Shown here: positions 14,060 to 27,839 of the stretch, piece after piece
Layout of the letters: each line of letters opens with the position of its first letter
How positions within the stretch are numbered: the first letter of the stretch is position 1
Assembly (NCBI GenBank): GCA_964016885.1
Contig: OZ024743.1
Span: 344,100,001 to 344,164,000, forward strand
DNA length: 64,000 nt
From: Eledone cirrhosa
Taxonomy: Eukaryota
Direction: 5' to 3'
The notes under the pieces: generated by a model
Told to the model about the DNA's origin: nothing
Database searches by the model: none
Seen by the model: the letters and a program-made list of their open reading frames with translations, nothing else
Translations under genes and position numbers: made by a program

Positions 14060-15030
14060 CATATGAAGAAATCATCAAGATGTACAAGATCTTTGAAAAC
14101 ATTGACGTATACATAAAATTTGAGGTTGAACATCCAGTCACCACTGAATCCCTGTCTCTACTCAACTTTAGACAAAGAAAGGATCCATATGCTCAAAGGA
14201 TCCATATGATCAAAATTTGACCGACAGTATGCCTGCAGACACATTTTTGTGCAACACGATTCCGCCCTTCTCTACAGAGCCAAAATGGCCTATATACAGA
14301 ATGAGATCTCGTAACATATGAAGCGAGGACAGCGGGAGCCATGCCAGCACGGTGGAATTCCAAAGTGTTCTCACAAAAGTTGGCTACCCTAGTTCATTCA
14401 CCAAACATCGAAATGCCAAGGCAACAATACGTAAAATAACAAGGAGGACATGTACCACTAAGGGTAACATATGCTACCTAAAGCTGCTACAATGAGAAAA
14501 AGACAGCTGACATCAGACAAACCATACGAAGGAAAGGGATTAACTTTACGGCTGGCGCACTTTAGATCTTCGTTGAGCAGACTGCTCCACAGTCACCAAT
14601 CCACATACAGATATATATGCACACTTTCTAATTGTCCCTTCAACAAATGCAGCTGCTCACATCGGAAGTACCATAATGAGATTACACATACAGATCAATA
14701 AACACGTGACCACGAGAGCTTCTTCCGTTAAAAAACATCTTCACAGATGCCTCAACGAAGACATTGAGGTCACCATAGAGATGACTGAAAGGAATAAAGG
14801 AAATTTAAAGATTAAGGAGGCCCTTTTCATCAGCAGAATAAAAACCTGAAATAAATAATAGATCAAAAATTCACGAGGCAGAATGATTACTGTAGTGACC
14901 TCACGTGTGCGCACGCATTTTGCAAGCACATAGACATGTTAGGGAATTAAACTCTGTGTCTTGGACTGTTTCAGCTTCGCATCTGAAAAGGGGGTACTAG
15001 CCCTGAAATATCATGCTAAAATACACTGGG
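14060..15030 (+). mobile_element. Degenerate Penelope-like element (RT/thumb and GIY-YIG C-terminus) with a 3' hammerhead
   Basis: Manual translation across frameshifts gives KIFENIDVYIKFEVEHP...SLSLLNF, VLTKVGYPSSF, and SSVKKHLHRC...LKIKEALFISRIK..EINN; hammerhead at 14979-15016. Confidence 0.7.
14979..15016 (+). ncRNA. Minimal type I hammerhead motif of the PLE 3' repeat (probably inactive, G8A)
   Basis: GCAU CUGAAAA GGGGGUACUAGCCCU GAAA UA UC AUGC; 4-bp stem I GCAU/AUGC. Confidence 0.55.
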
Positions 15031-15272
15031 TAAAACTTTGTTTTGTTTTGTTTCATTTATCTTCGTATTTCTGTATACATGTATACATATGTATACATGT
15101 ATAAATATATATGTATGTATATATATATATACGTATACATATATTTGTGTGTGTGTGTGTGTGTACGTGTGTGTACACACACACATACGTGCACATGTAT
15201 ATCATATTATGATTGATCAGTTTGAAGCTCATTTGAGTCAGCTCATTCTCTCACTCTCTCTCTCTCTCTCTC

Positions 15273-15330
<58 letters not shown>

Positions 15331-15545
15331 CATAAATGTGTGTGTGTGTGTGTGTGGTACGTGATTGTGATATGTGGAAACCAGAATCACAAAACCATGC
15401 GGTGTCATGTCAGCAGCATGTACTAATCGTCTGCAATTGAACACGAATATGTTTAGCATGTGTTTCTAATCATGATGCCTATATACACTTATACTATAAT
15501 TTATACACTGACATATAGCTGATATATTAATGAGCATTATTATAC

Positions 15546-16350
15546 GCGGTGGATTGGCAGTATCGGTAGAGGGTCGGACACCATGCTTTCCAGCATAGTT
15601 ACGTCCCTTTACGATCTGAGTTCAAATCCCGCCGAGGTTGACTTTGCCTTTCATCCTTACGGGGTCGATAAAATAAAGTACCAGTAATGCACTGGGTAAT
15701 TGCTGGCCTTGTGCCTAAAGTAGAAACAATTATTATACTTATATGGCGGTGGATTTGGCAGTATCGGTAGAGGGTCGGACACCATGCTTTGACGCAGAGT
15801 TACGGCCCTTGCCATTCTGAGTTCAAATCCCACCGAGGTTAACTTTGCCTTTCATCCTTACGGGGTCGATAAAATAAAGTACCAGTAATACACTAATATA
15901 ATTGCTGGCCTTGTGTCAAAAGTAGAGACAATTATTATACTTACTTTAAGGGCGGTTAATTGGCAGTATTGGTAGAGCGTTAGACACCATGCTTTGCAGC
16001 ATAGAGTTACGGTACTTTACGGTCTAAGTTCAAATTCCGCCAAGGTTAACTTTGTCTATCATCCTTACGGGGTGGATAAAATAAAGCACCAGTAACGTAC
16101 AGGGGTCGATTTAATCGCCTTTCCCTTCCCCACAAATTATTGGTCTGCCTATACTAGAAAGCATTATTATATTTACTTTAAGGCGGTGAATTGGCAGTAT
16201 CGGTAGAGGGTCGGACGCCATTCTTTGACGCTTAGAGCCCTTGCCATTCTGAGTTCAAATCCCGCCGAGGTTAACTTTGCCTTTCATCCTTACGATGTCG
16301 ATAAAATAAAGTACCAGTAATGCACTGCGTAATTGCTGGCCTTGTGCCTT
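15546..16350 (+). mobile_element. Head-to-tail array of four SINE copies (the third is a longer variant with GGGGTCGATTTAATCG)
   Basis: Units start at ~15546, 15745, 15950 and 16182, with spacers ATTATTATA(C/T)... Confidence 0.9.
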
Positions 16351-16775
16351 GCTACTTTTGTCACAAGGCCAGCAATTCCCCAGTGTATTACTGGTACTTT
16401 ATTTTATCAACCCCGTCAGGATTAAAGGCAAAGTTAACCTCAGCGGGATTTGAACTCAGATCATAAAGGGCCGTAACTCTATGTTGCAAAGCATGGCGTC
16501 CGACCCTCTACCAATACTGCCAATCCAGATAATGTAAAGAGCCTTTACTAAATGCTGCAAAGTATTATCTCCGACGTTGTAACTGCCCGAAAATTATTTC
16601 TAATTTTGATATAAGGTTAGCAACTTAGATTATATTCACGACAGTACATTACTGGTACTTTATTTTATCAAGTTCAGAAGGATGAAAGGCAAAGTGAACC
16701 TCGGCAGGATTTGAACATAACGGGCCAACTAAATGCTTGAAAGCACTCTATTTGACGGTCTAACGATTCTCCAAT
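16351..16775 (-). mobile_element. Two minus-strand SINE copies; the first joins the array tail-to-tail
   Basis: Reverse-complement unit at 16351-16526; older divergent copy at ~16590-16775. Confidence 0.8.
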
Positions 16776-17303
16776 CTGTTTTTTTTATGCCCATATTTAT
16801 ACTATAGGCACTGCTATACTCCCCATCCTAACTAAACAGTGAAGAAAAAAGTGCATACAACTACTATAATCATGTCTCATTTCGTGAATTAGTTTCATAG
16901 TGGCAAATGGAAGGCGAACTCAGACGTGTAGCTCCACACCACCAGCAGCATTAATAAATATTTTCTTATGATGTTTCTTGGTAAATTGGGTTAATTTATT
17001 GTTGGCTGTATATACACATTGTCTAATATTATGCCTAGAGATTACATTACGGAAACATTAGTGAAGTGGATTTCTACAACTAAAGTGGAAATGTTGCCAA
17101 CTTTGTCAGTTTCTTGTAAAATTTCTAAGAATTGGTCTGATAAGCGTATATTATGTTCTTGAGATGTATATTGTTTTATGATCGAGCTAGTTATTTAGTG
17201 ATTATGTGAGATAGTGTGTTGTTACTGTGTCGGAGGCGTGTTGTTACTGTTTATGAATCTTTACAGTGATATCGATGTTTGATGAACTAAAATCTATGTA
17301 GAC

Positions 17304-17470
17304 CAGTCATGGGCAAACGGCGACCCGCGGGCCGTATGCAGACCGTTTTGCTTTTTGAATAACACACCTTACGAAAAAATAACCTTGACTGTTTTTTAGT
17401 AGTGCAAATCGTGTTATGATGAGCCATTTTCGTGCAGTCCACTGTTCGAAAAAGCTTGCCCATGTTTTGT
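17304..17470. mobile_element. hAT (Charlie-like) MITE remnant
   Basis: CAGTCATGGGCAAAC...CCCGCGGGCCG at the left end and GCTTGCCCATG at the right end; target-site duplication not resolved. Confidence 0.45.
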
Positions 17471-17479
17471 GTTTGTGGA

Positions 17480-17800
17480 CGAAGCATAGTTGAATGGTTA
17501 AAAAGTTCGTTTCGCAATCATTAGGTCCCGGGTTAGATCCCACTGCATGGCATCTTATGCAAGTGTCATTTCCCATAGCCTCGGGTCAACTGATGGCTTG
17601 TGAGGGAAACCGGATAAATGGAAACTGTTTGGAAATCCGCTGGATGGACTGAACCTATAATTACAAGTATCAGCCTTATACACATGATTTGAATGAAAAT
17701 TAAGTTAAGGGTACACATGCCTGTGAAATGCTCAACCACTTACACGTTGTTTTCATGAGCAGGTTGTTCCGTTGATCGGACAACTGGATCAGTCATCGTA
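17480..17800 (+). mobile_element. Older, different tRNA-derived SINE
   Basis: A-box-like TAGTTGAATGGTT, B-box-like GGTTAGATCCC, then GCAAGTGTC...ATAGCCTCGGG...TTGTGAG...GGAAACTG. Confidence 0.5.
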
Positions 17801-20329
17801 ATTAATTTGTTCAGTTTAACTTATAACTGTGCAGGGTAATTTTTCTCAATCTTAACGAATTTTCTGTTGTCAAGAAGTATATTATTGTTTTTTGTAACAT
17901 AATCTTCTTTGTTCATAAATAGATTATTCTTATCACTTCTACATATAACGATTTTATCCTTGTAACTTTCAGATCATGTAAAGCTTGTTTGAGTTTTGCG
18001 TTAGTTACTTTTCTTCTTCTTTGTATGTACAGCTCTTTATTATATTCGTTTTAAGAGGGTGCGTTGCCAGACATGTTTAGCGGTATTTAGTTACGACCTT
18101 TTACGTTCTGAGTTCAAATCCCGCCGAAGTCAACTTTGCTTTTCTTCCTTCCTTGCCACTAAAAGAAAGTAATAAAGTGGATATAATCAACTTTTCCTAT
18201 CTCCCGCCTAAAAAGAAATTGCTGGCTAAAATTATAAATAATAATACTCGCTTTGGAATATATCTCGAAGAGTGCAGACTATTTTTTATCATGCATGCAT
18301 GCATCATTCCATCACTCGTATGGGCGCCGTATACGGCGTTTCTAGGGCATTTTAAAACCTGGCGGAGTTCAATCCTCTCGTGGTCTGACTTCAGCAGTTT
18401 CTTCCAGGGAAAGATAGAGAGTGAAAGGATGGAAATGAGAAAGAGATATAGTGGAAGAATCGACGCTATTACTTAACTGGTACTTTTTTATTGACCTCGA
18501 ATGGATGAAAGGCAAAGTTGATTAGCGGGATTTGAACTCAGAGAGCAGAAAGCCGAAACGAATACCGCAAAGCATTCTGTACGATATTTTAATGACTCTT
18601 ATTTTTATTATGCCTTTATTTGTAAGGAATTGGTAGAATAGTCCTAGTACGATTTTCTTTAGATTTTTTCTATAATTATCTTTAAGGTAGAAGTTAGTGC
18701 TGAAATTGATAAGCGTAATTTGATCAGGGCAGAATGGGAGGTGTGAAAGCTTAAAAAGCTATCTCCTTCTATCGGGAACATTGTTGAATCTACTAAGCCG
18801 ATTTTTATGCAAATTTTTTAATCGGCATGAAAGAGAAGTCTCGTTATCGATAGCTGACAAAATATTATTTAGTAAAGGTGTGTTGCATATTGTTATATTA
18901 GTCACAGAAGCTTTATAAAATACTGTCACATCTGCACCCATACAAAATACAAGATACTCAGGTATTTGTACACACGATTTAACTCGTATACCGATGTTAC
19001 TTACTAAACAGAGAAAAAGATATTAGTAAAGTGTGCAGCATATGTGCAGTGAATCTAATTGGATTATGTTTGGTGTTTTATTTACTAAACCCATCTTCCA
19101 CTTCTCACTCTCTTCTAATAGACTGTTATACATTTCTATCTATCTGCATTGACCGCCATTTTGGACAGAAGTCATTTTGCCGTTACAATTTCAACCACTC
19201 ACTACAGATATTCATTTTTAGACGCTCCTCCTCCTCCCTCTCCTCCTCTCCCAAATCTCAGTTGATAAATCTCACACAAATAAAGAGGTGGAGAATTGGT
19301 GGAGTGAGAGCGTAGGACAAGTAATTTTTCTGCGTTTCTGAGTACAAATCCCATTGAAGTCAACTTTGTATTTTGCGTTTCTTCTTCTTTGGGTCGATAT
19401 AATAAAGTATCAGTCCACATTGTCTTCTTCTTCTTCTTCTTCTTCTTCTGCTATTCATTCATTCATCCATTCTTCATTCCCTCGTTCTCCTCTCTAAATT
19501 TCTTTCATTATGACTATCTGTCTGTCTGTCATTCAGTCTGTGAGTCTATCTGTCTGTATGTTTGTTACTCAGTCTATCTGTATGTCGTTCCGTACGTTTA
19601 ACCCTTCCCCGTCCCCAACATACCTTATATTCAGGGACGATAATTCTGCTGTGATTTAAGTGAATAAGTTGTGCTATTCACCATTGCAAACTGATTGTTA
19701 GTCTGTGATGCAAAACACAGATAGCAGCAAGCTTCCAGCTTCTATATACTTCCTTCTACCCACTCCACTATCACCAACACAATTATCATCCCCCTCCCAA
19801 CCTCATCTACCCCCTCAGCAATACTATCAAGGCCAACAACACAGTGAACTCCATCACCAAAACTATTAGAAATATCAACACCAGAACAACACTACTATCA
19901 AGCCCAAATAAGCCGTCACCAACCCACTTCTACACCTCACCTACCGCCAGCCAAGCAATTATAATCATGATTTCCCCTAAATCATCACCACCTCTGTGAC
20001 ACTATCACGACGAAGACAACGACGATGATGGCTCCCCGCCACATCACTACCACCGCCGCCACAACCAACACCAGCACCAGCACCACCACCACAACCACCA
20101 CCACCACCACCACCACCACCACCACCACCACCACCAACAACACCACCACCGCAGCCGTCGCCGTAATAAATTGCTCATGAGCTTTACTGATAAAACATGA
20201 ACTCAATCCCTCTTCATTTCCAATTCTTTCATTTACCTTTAATAAACGCTTTCTCAGAGGTGTGACAGGGATTACTAGTGGGCACAACCCACAACAATAT
20301 CTGCCATGTTTTTGACTCGACCTAAAAAG

Positions 20330-20431
<102 letters not shown>

Positions 20432-20490
20432 ATTATTGAGTAAAATGACAGGAGGCTGGACTGGTGAAATTCCTTCAAAGATTTATTACA

Positions 20491-20548
20491 AACACTGCAC
20501 ATTTCAATGACCAGATTCTGTAGGATCCTGGTGACATCATCAGGTGTT
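20491..20548 (-). ncRNA. Degenerate type I hammerhead motif
   Basis: AACAC CUGAUGA (long stem II with ACCAG/CUGGU) GAAA UGUG CA GUGUU; stem III appears decayed at CpG sites. Confidence 0.5.
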
Positions 20549-20580
20549 AATTGTATAAAAGTTATCTAATAAAGGAATAT

Positions 20581-20768
20581 AATTGTTTCTACTTTTGGCA
20601 CAAGGCCAGCAATTACCAGTGCATTACTGGTACTTTATTTTATCGACCCCGTAAGGATGAAAGGCAAAGTTAACCTCGGCGGGATTTGAACTCAGATCGT
20701 AAAGCGACGTAACTCTTTGCGTCAAAGTATGGCGTCCGACCCTCTACTGATACTGCCAATCCACCGCC
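20581..20768 (-). mobile_element. Full-length SINE with target-site duplication AGGAATATAAT
   Basis: Unit match; the 11-mer occurs at ~20573 and ~20772. Confidence 0.9.
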
Positions 20769-20910
20769 TACAGGAATATAATAATGGTAGACACAATCCA
20801 AGATGCTGAAAAGTAGAGAGACATGTTTAAGACCCGGAGGAGGTCAGAGCCAGTAGTTGTCAATCTGGATTACCGCCTCTATATATATATATATATGTAG
20901 TAGTAGTAGC

Positions 20911-20993
<83 letters not shown>

Positions 20994-23132
20994 TAGTAGT
21001 AGTTTTACTTTAATGGTAATAGCTGTAATGGTAATAGTTGTGTTAGCAGTAATGCTAATAGCATTGGTTGTAGGTGTGATATTAACAATTGTTGTTGTGG
21101 TGGTAGTGGTCTTGCTGATAATGATGGAAGTGTTGTTGATAAGAGAAAATGGGATGGAATAATTAGTGAATGAGATGAGCATGAGTGATTGCCCTTTATC
21201 AAGTACGCTTTTCTGTAGCTAGTCTCTTTGACTAAGCTGCAGTCATGGATTGAGCTGAGATAGAGACTGGGCATCACTAATCTGAAATGTTGTAATGCGC
21301 TTACTGTCCTCTACCAGTTGGGCAATGCAGTTGGTGAAAATTCCATGTTAGCGTTCTATAGAAGTCTAGTGATGAGCAAGAGTGACGACGTTCTCGAGGA
21401 AATTCTGTCTGATGGCCATGACGAAAGAGATTGTGTGAGGGACACAATTGAAATTGCTGAAAACAGACACGTTCCTTTTTGCTAAGTTCTTATATACATT
21501 TTCGAGATTGTTGGTGAGGATGGTACAATAGGGACCAGTTGGATTTTATGGAAACGTAAAAATATGAACTAACAAAACAGATGAAAATTAAACAAAGAAC
21601 ATTCGTCTAAAAGAAAAATACGGTGACCCTGACTACTAAGGCAAATATCTTCTTGTTGTCCTCCCCAATCTCAAGGTGCATAAATACAGCAGGTCCATTC
21701 ACTTGGACCATACTGTAGTTGCGTTTCCATAGCTTTATGAGACTTTCTTCCAAATGAAGGTCTATTCTTCGGTGACATTTTTTGATTGCAGCTTCCAAAG
21801 TCAATATTATTTATCTAAAATTGTTAAATTTTTCTGTTAATGATGGATCTAAGTCTAATCAAATTTAGGTTGAATGAGGACTCACTGCACTAACTTTTAG
21901 TTATCTTTCGGAAACAACGACAAAAAAACAAAACAATAAAACTAACGGAAATGATCATGCAAAAAAGTATTACAGGTTTCACAAATGTTATTTTTAGAAG
22001 TGTTTCCATAAATCAAATCGCGTGTCACTCACTTTCTTACTTTCTTCAATGTATTTAGCTCTATTTTTTTCTCCTCCTTCATTCATTGTTAACTTGCTTG
22101 ATTCCATATTTTGCTTTCAGAGCTATATACTAAGATGTGGTATATATACACATACACGGGAAAGATATGAAGAATATATGTATACACACGGGCTAATGTT
22201 CCATTTTGGCATGTTGGTGGAGTACTGGCAAGTTCTTACAGCTTGGAGTTCTCTCCAGCGTTCATTTATTCTTTCTCCTATGCTACGGGCCGCCTCACCT
22301 ATGTAGGTCGTGTTCCTATTCCTACACTGACCCTCTGTACATTTTATGCTATATACTAAGTTCCTAGTTTTCCCGTTAATTCATGGGCTTAATTTGCAGA
22401 CTATACATTTTCTATCAGTGCAGGGGTTCTCTCAAATGGATGTTATACTAATTATATATATATATAATAGTTCAACACAAACTATAGTTAATACTGATTC
22501 AATATAAACTATGTAGTGCATTGCCCAGGACACAATATAGCAATAGGATATAATACAAACAAAAGATCATACGATGCGAGGCAGACATCTTTTTTCTTTG
22601 TTTTGTTTATTTTTCTATCATGCTAATCTCAGATTCCAGGCATAATCACTTCCTCATACAACGACCACGAAGCAATGAAAACCTATGATAGTTTGGTTGA
22701 AAAACTGATAGCACGGTCTCACAACACCGCAACATATTATATATCGTATTTCGAAGTAAATATCGAAAGCCAGCGCTATTAAGGTGAATAATTTAAGAGC
22801 AGCCCTACTGTTCAATATTACAACTTTATACATCACCTCGGGTTTTTCTCGTCGCTGAAACCTTTCCAACTTCAAAGAGAAATCTCTAGCTTTTCAGGCA
22901 GAATGTTTTCTGGAGAGAATGGTAGGTATTTGCTCCATAAAATCAAATGGCTTTGCCCGAAGATCTAGGTAATAGTCGATCACAACTCTATGACAACTAA
23001 TGAAGTCTTTTATTATGATGAAGTTGCCAAAAATTGTCTGTAGACATGGCAGCTACTGATGGATTCTCTCTAAAGCTGGATGCAAATAAAGCAAACGATA
23101 TTTTTCTCATGTTAAAGCTTATTTTTTTACTA

Positions 23133-23184
<52 letters not shown>

Positions 23185-23749
23185 TCTTAGACTGTTTGTC
23201 TGTATCTCTCTCTAGTTTTCTCGTTCTCTATTTATCTAACACTATTTCCTTTCTAATTTTATTATTTTTCTTTCTCTCACTCTCCCCCTCCCTTGCTGTT
23301 TTAGTTAATCTGTAGCTCAGTACTTTCCTCTTTCTTTCTTCCTCTACCTCTATGTCACTCCTTTCTCTCCCTTTTTCTCTCTTTCGTTCACGTTCTCAGC
23401 TTATTTTTCACCTCTCTTTCATTTTCTCCCTGTTTCTTCTTTTTTCAGTTCTCTTTCTTTTCTCTTCACCCTTTATGTACCTCAAGATCTATATTTACTC
23501 TACATTTCTCTTACTTTTTCTCTTTTCCTCTATTTCTTTCTTTTCCCTTTTCTGCAGAAAAAAAAACAAAAACAACAAAAACATTTTTGTTGCAACTCAC
23601 TCACCATTGTCCCCCCCCCTCCTCAACTGATTTCTTACACTTTCAACTTTCTCTCTCCCTATCTCTATCTCTCGATCCCCTTTCTCTTCCTAACATGTCA
23701 TGTCTTTCTTTCTCTCTCCCTCTGCCTCATTCCCCTCTGCATATTTAAC

Positions 23750-24770
23750 CCCCACCACCATCACCACCCCCACCACCACCACCACCACAACCACCACCAT
23801 CACCCCACCACCACCACCACCACCACCACCACCACCACCAACAACCATCACCACCACCACCACCACCACCACCACCACCACCACCACCACCACCACCACC
23901 ACCACCACCACCGCCGCCGCCGCCGCCACCACCACCACCACCACCACCACCACCACCACCACCACCACCACCACCACCATCACCACCCCCACCACCACCA
24001 CCACCGCCACCACCACCACCACCACCACCACCACCACCACCACCACCACCACCACCACCACCACCACCATCACCACCACCACCACCACCACCACCACAAC
24101 CACCACCACCACCACCGCCGCCACCACCACCACCACCACCACCACCACCACCACCACCACCACCACCACCACCACCACCACCACCACCACCACCACCACC
24201 GCCGCCGCCGCCGCCGCCGCCACCACCACCACCACCACCACCACCACCACCACCACCACCACCACGACTGACATGGTTGAACAAAACAACAAAATAAATT
24301 CGTGAGAAAGTCGTATCGCAATGATGAAAAGTAATTAACTCTTGGTGTTGGGGTAATGTATATTTTGTCTATGAGTGGTAGTGTTGGTGGTGGTGGTAGT
24401 TGTGGTGGTAGTGGTGGTGGTGGTTGTGAGTGGTGGTGGTGGTGGTGGTGGTTGTTGTTGTTGTGGTGGTGGTGGTGGTGGTGGTAATGGGTGTGGTGGT
24501 GGTGGTAGTGGTGGTGGTGTTTGTGGTGGTGGTTGTGAGTGGAGGTGGTGGTGGTGGTAGTTGTTGTTGTTGTTGTTGTGGTGGTGGTGGTGGTGGTAGT
24601 GGGTGTGGTGGTGGTGGTAGTGGTGGTGGTGTTTGTGGTGGTGTTGTTGTGGTGGTATTAGTGGTGGTGGTGGTGGTGTTGGTAATAATGGTGGTGGTAG
24701 TAGTGGTGGTGGTAGTGGTGGTGGTGGTAGTGGTAGTGGTGGTGGTGGTGGTGGTGATGGTGGTGTAAGT
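23750..24770. repeat. (CAC)n tract followed by an oppositely oriented (GGT)n tract
   Basis: Seen directly: 23750-24265 and 24376-24770. Confidence 0.95.
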
Positions 24771-25002
24771 GTGGTGATAGAACTAATAGAGTGCGACTGG
24801 TGTTTGTAGTAGCAGTGGTGGTTGTGATTGTAGTTGTTCGTTGTTGTGTCGGTGTGTTGCTGAAGGTAGGGATACTGTTGGCAGTGTTGATGAGGGTAAG
24901 GATGGTGTTGGTGATGTTGATGATGGTGATGTAGTTAGCAGTAGTGAATGTATGTATGCATAGTGAATGTATGTATGAATGTATGAATGTATGTATGTAT
25001 GT

Positions 25003-25489
25003 TTAGTCCTGCAAGACTAAATACAAAACCTGTAAACGGGCAAAGGAGCTCTTAAGAGTCAATGGTCATCCAAAATCACCGGGAGAGATGACCACTTAGC
25101 CTTTGTCAAGGCAGAATTCTAGGAGAAGGAAAACTCTGATATAACACCTGCAACCCTGATGGTATCCAATGATGTTGACTTGTTCTTCTTTTTGGTAAAT
25201 ATCATCTTGGTTAAGAGAGTGGGACTGGCTTTGTGCAGTGCCTTTGCTCACTATAAAAGCTTCACGACACAGGCATTGCTTTATATCTTGAGATCTCTCT
25301 GCACTTGTCATCACATGGTACCATGGGCCCAGCACTATGTGTCAATAATTGTCACAAGTGTAGTGTTTGTACCAGAGTTTTCAAGTCGGTGGCTGGACTA
25401 AAAAGTCACACTCGTTGAGCGCATCGGTAGGGGTTCTCGTACATGGATATAAAGTAGTGGCCGTACTCGAAAACGAGTTGGCAGCCACC

Positions 25490-25490
<1 letters not shown>
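25003..25490 (+). mobile_element. Non-autonomous RTE-related retroposon (sibling at 46945-47420)
   Basis: High similarity between the two copies; GGAGAAGGAAAACTCTGA; terminal C2H2-like HKCSVCTRVFKSVAGLKSHTR; 3' end CTCGAAAACGAGTTGGCAGCCACCAT. Confidence 0.65.
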
Positions 25491-25557
<67 letters not shown>

Positions 25558-25631
25558 AAAAGGTAAACAGAAATAACAACACAATCGGTAAGGAATATAT
25601 TAGGTTAACGCTTGATATAGCAGTAAGAGGG

Positions 25632-25667
25632 TCTTAACGTTTCAGACCCTAGTCCTTCATCAGAAGA
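25632..25667 (-). ncRNA. Minimal type I hammerhead motif
   Basis: UCUU CUGAUGA A GGAC-UAGG-GUCU GAAA C GUU AAGA; palindromic AACGUU stem III. Confidence 0.6.
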
Positions 25668-25912
25668 AAGAAATAAGATAGAATGAGGAGACGGGCGGGA
25701 TGGAATAGGAAAAAATGTCTTTAGATAAAAATAACAGGTCCATTCATGTTGACATCTCTTGCAAAACTGTTGGGGCTGGCGTTTTGTATATGATTTATAA
25801 TTTAGAAAACTGGATGATGGAGCGCGCCTACCTGAAATAGAAAAAAAAAACCGTTTTGTAAAAAGAGATATACTTGAGCACGTGCGTAAACATGTGTGTG
25901 TGTGTGTGTGTG

Positions 25913-25985
<73 letters not shown>

Positions 25986-26273
25986 TGTGTGTATGTGTGT
26001 GTGTGTATGTGTGTGTGTGTATGTGTATGTGTGTGTGTGTGTGTGTATGTTATTATACATCCGTACGAAGCTAAGAAGAAATGTGCGTGTATATATGAGT
26101 AAAAGAGTGTGTGTGCATGTAAGTACGAAGCTATGAGCAAAAGTATGTTAATATAAGGGTGTGTATGTGTGTATACAGAGCAGTGAAGGGAAAAGTGGAG
26201 TGACCATATATAGTCGGCATGTATTAATTGTAAGAGAAGCTGCTAATGATCTAGAGAAAGTCATAGGAATCTG

Positions 26274-26325
<52 letters not shown>

Positions 26326-26529
26326 GAGAAGAAACAATACTGCGTGGTTGCACATGGGTTACATATGATAAAAATAGTCCTTCATCAGTGATTTTCCAAC
26401 CTTCATTGGTATTTCATCACTTTAAAAATCATATACCTCCAGTTAGTGCGAGCAATAGCTAAATAAAGCTATTGGGACAAGTAAATCGCGTAAAGCGAGC
26501 GAGACAAGTAAACAAACATAGCAACGCAA

Positions 26530-26614
<85 letters not shown>

Positions 26615-26618
<4 letters not shown>

Positions 26619-27790
26619 AATGGAAGTTTAATAAAATTGAAGTTTTGGCCGTGACCAAGATAAGCGATATACAATTAGGAATGTGCAGCAAAATACTCGA
26701 TAAGGCTGTGTCACCTTCGAGTAATTACATACGTTAGATAGCTTCACAAATTGAAAACTGCGGCAGGCGAGCCTAGCCACATAATACCAAAGCGACGAAA
26801 AAAAAAAAATCAGGTTAAATAACAAACCTGGACCGTCTCGAAAGGTATTGTCCAATACCTCTGATAGGTTTCTATGAAATCCCAAATCAACAATCCTACT
26901 TGCACAATATGCAAGTTTGTGGTATTCGATGACCGAACTGTGGACTCACGTTATCAACAGGTTTCCGTTCTGTGCCTCGAGCCGGTGTGAAGTGTAGCAG
27001 TAGGCTACTACGAATGGTACCAGTCAATGTTTCACTATCACGTGCTTTTTCCCCAGCGAGGGAAGTCACCCCCAGTTTTTGGCGGGCAAATTCAAAGTGT
27101 GAACAAAGGATTGATTCCATTCCACAAACCGAACAAGAAGCTCTCGACTAGAGGTTATTAAACAAACGTAAATAATTAACCAATCAATAAAATTGTCTAA
27201 TTAAATTAATTAATTAATTATTAGGTCTAGAAGATAATAATACAAATGGAAGTTTAGTAAAATCGAAGTTTTGGCCGTGGCCAAGCTAACGATATACAAT
27301 TAGGAATGTGTAGCAAAGCACTCGATAAGGCTGTGTCACCTTAGAGTAATAACTGTTTCTACTATACAAGGCCAGAAATTACCCAGTACATTACTGGTAC
27401 TTTATTTTATCGACCCCGTAAGGATGAAAGGCAAAGTTAACCTCGGAGGGATTTGAACTCAGAATGGCAAGGGCCGTAACTCTATGCGTCACAGCATGGC
27501 GTCCGACCCTCTACCGATACTGCCAATCCACCGCCCTTTAGAGTAATAACTGTTTCTACTTTAGGCACAAGGCCAGCAATTACCCAGTGCATTACTGGTA
27601 CTTTATTTTATCGACCCCGTAAGGATGAAAGGCAAAGTCAACAGTAATAACATACGTTAGATAGTTTGACAAATTGAAAACTGCGGCAGGCGAGCCTAGC
27701 CACATAACACCAAAGCGACGAAAAAACAACCAGGTTAAATAACAAACCTGGACCGTCTCGAACAGTGATTATGCAATTTCTCCGATAGGT

Positions 27791-27795
<5 letters not shown>
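26615..27795. repeat. ~260 bp direct repeat pair (26615-26876; 27242-27795) between (TA)n tracts; second copy interrupted by SINEs at 27350-27642
   Basis: ACAAATGGAAGTTTA...GATAGGTTTCTAT is present twice; the SINEs are flanked by AGTAATAAC. Confidence 0.85.

Positions 27796-27839
<44 letters not shown>

Noticed and set aside
15546-15640. tRNA gene suggested by A and B boxes
   Set aside because: SINE head fused to a non-tRNA body in over 20 copies; no complete cloverleaf.
26836-26870. GAAA GGUAUU-GUCC-AAUACC UC half-hammerhead
   Set aside because: No core heptamer upstream, and not conserved in the duplicate at ~27755.
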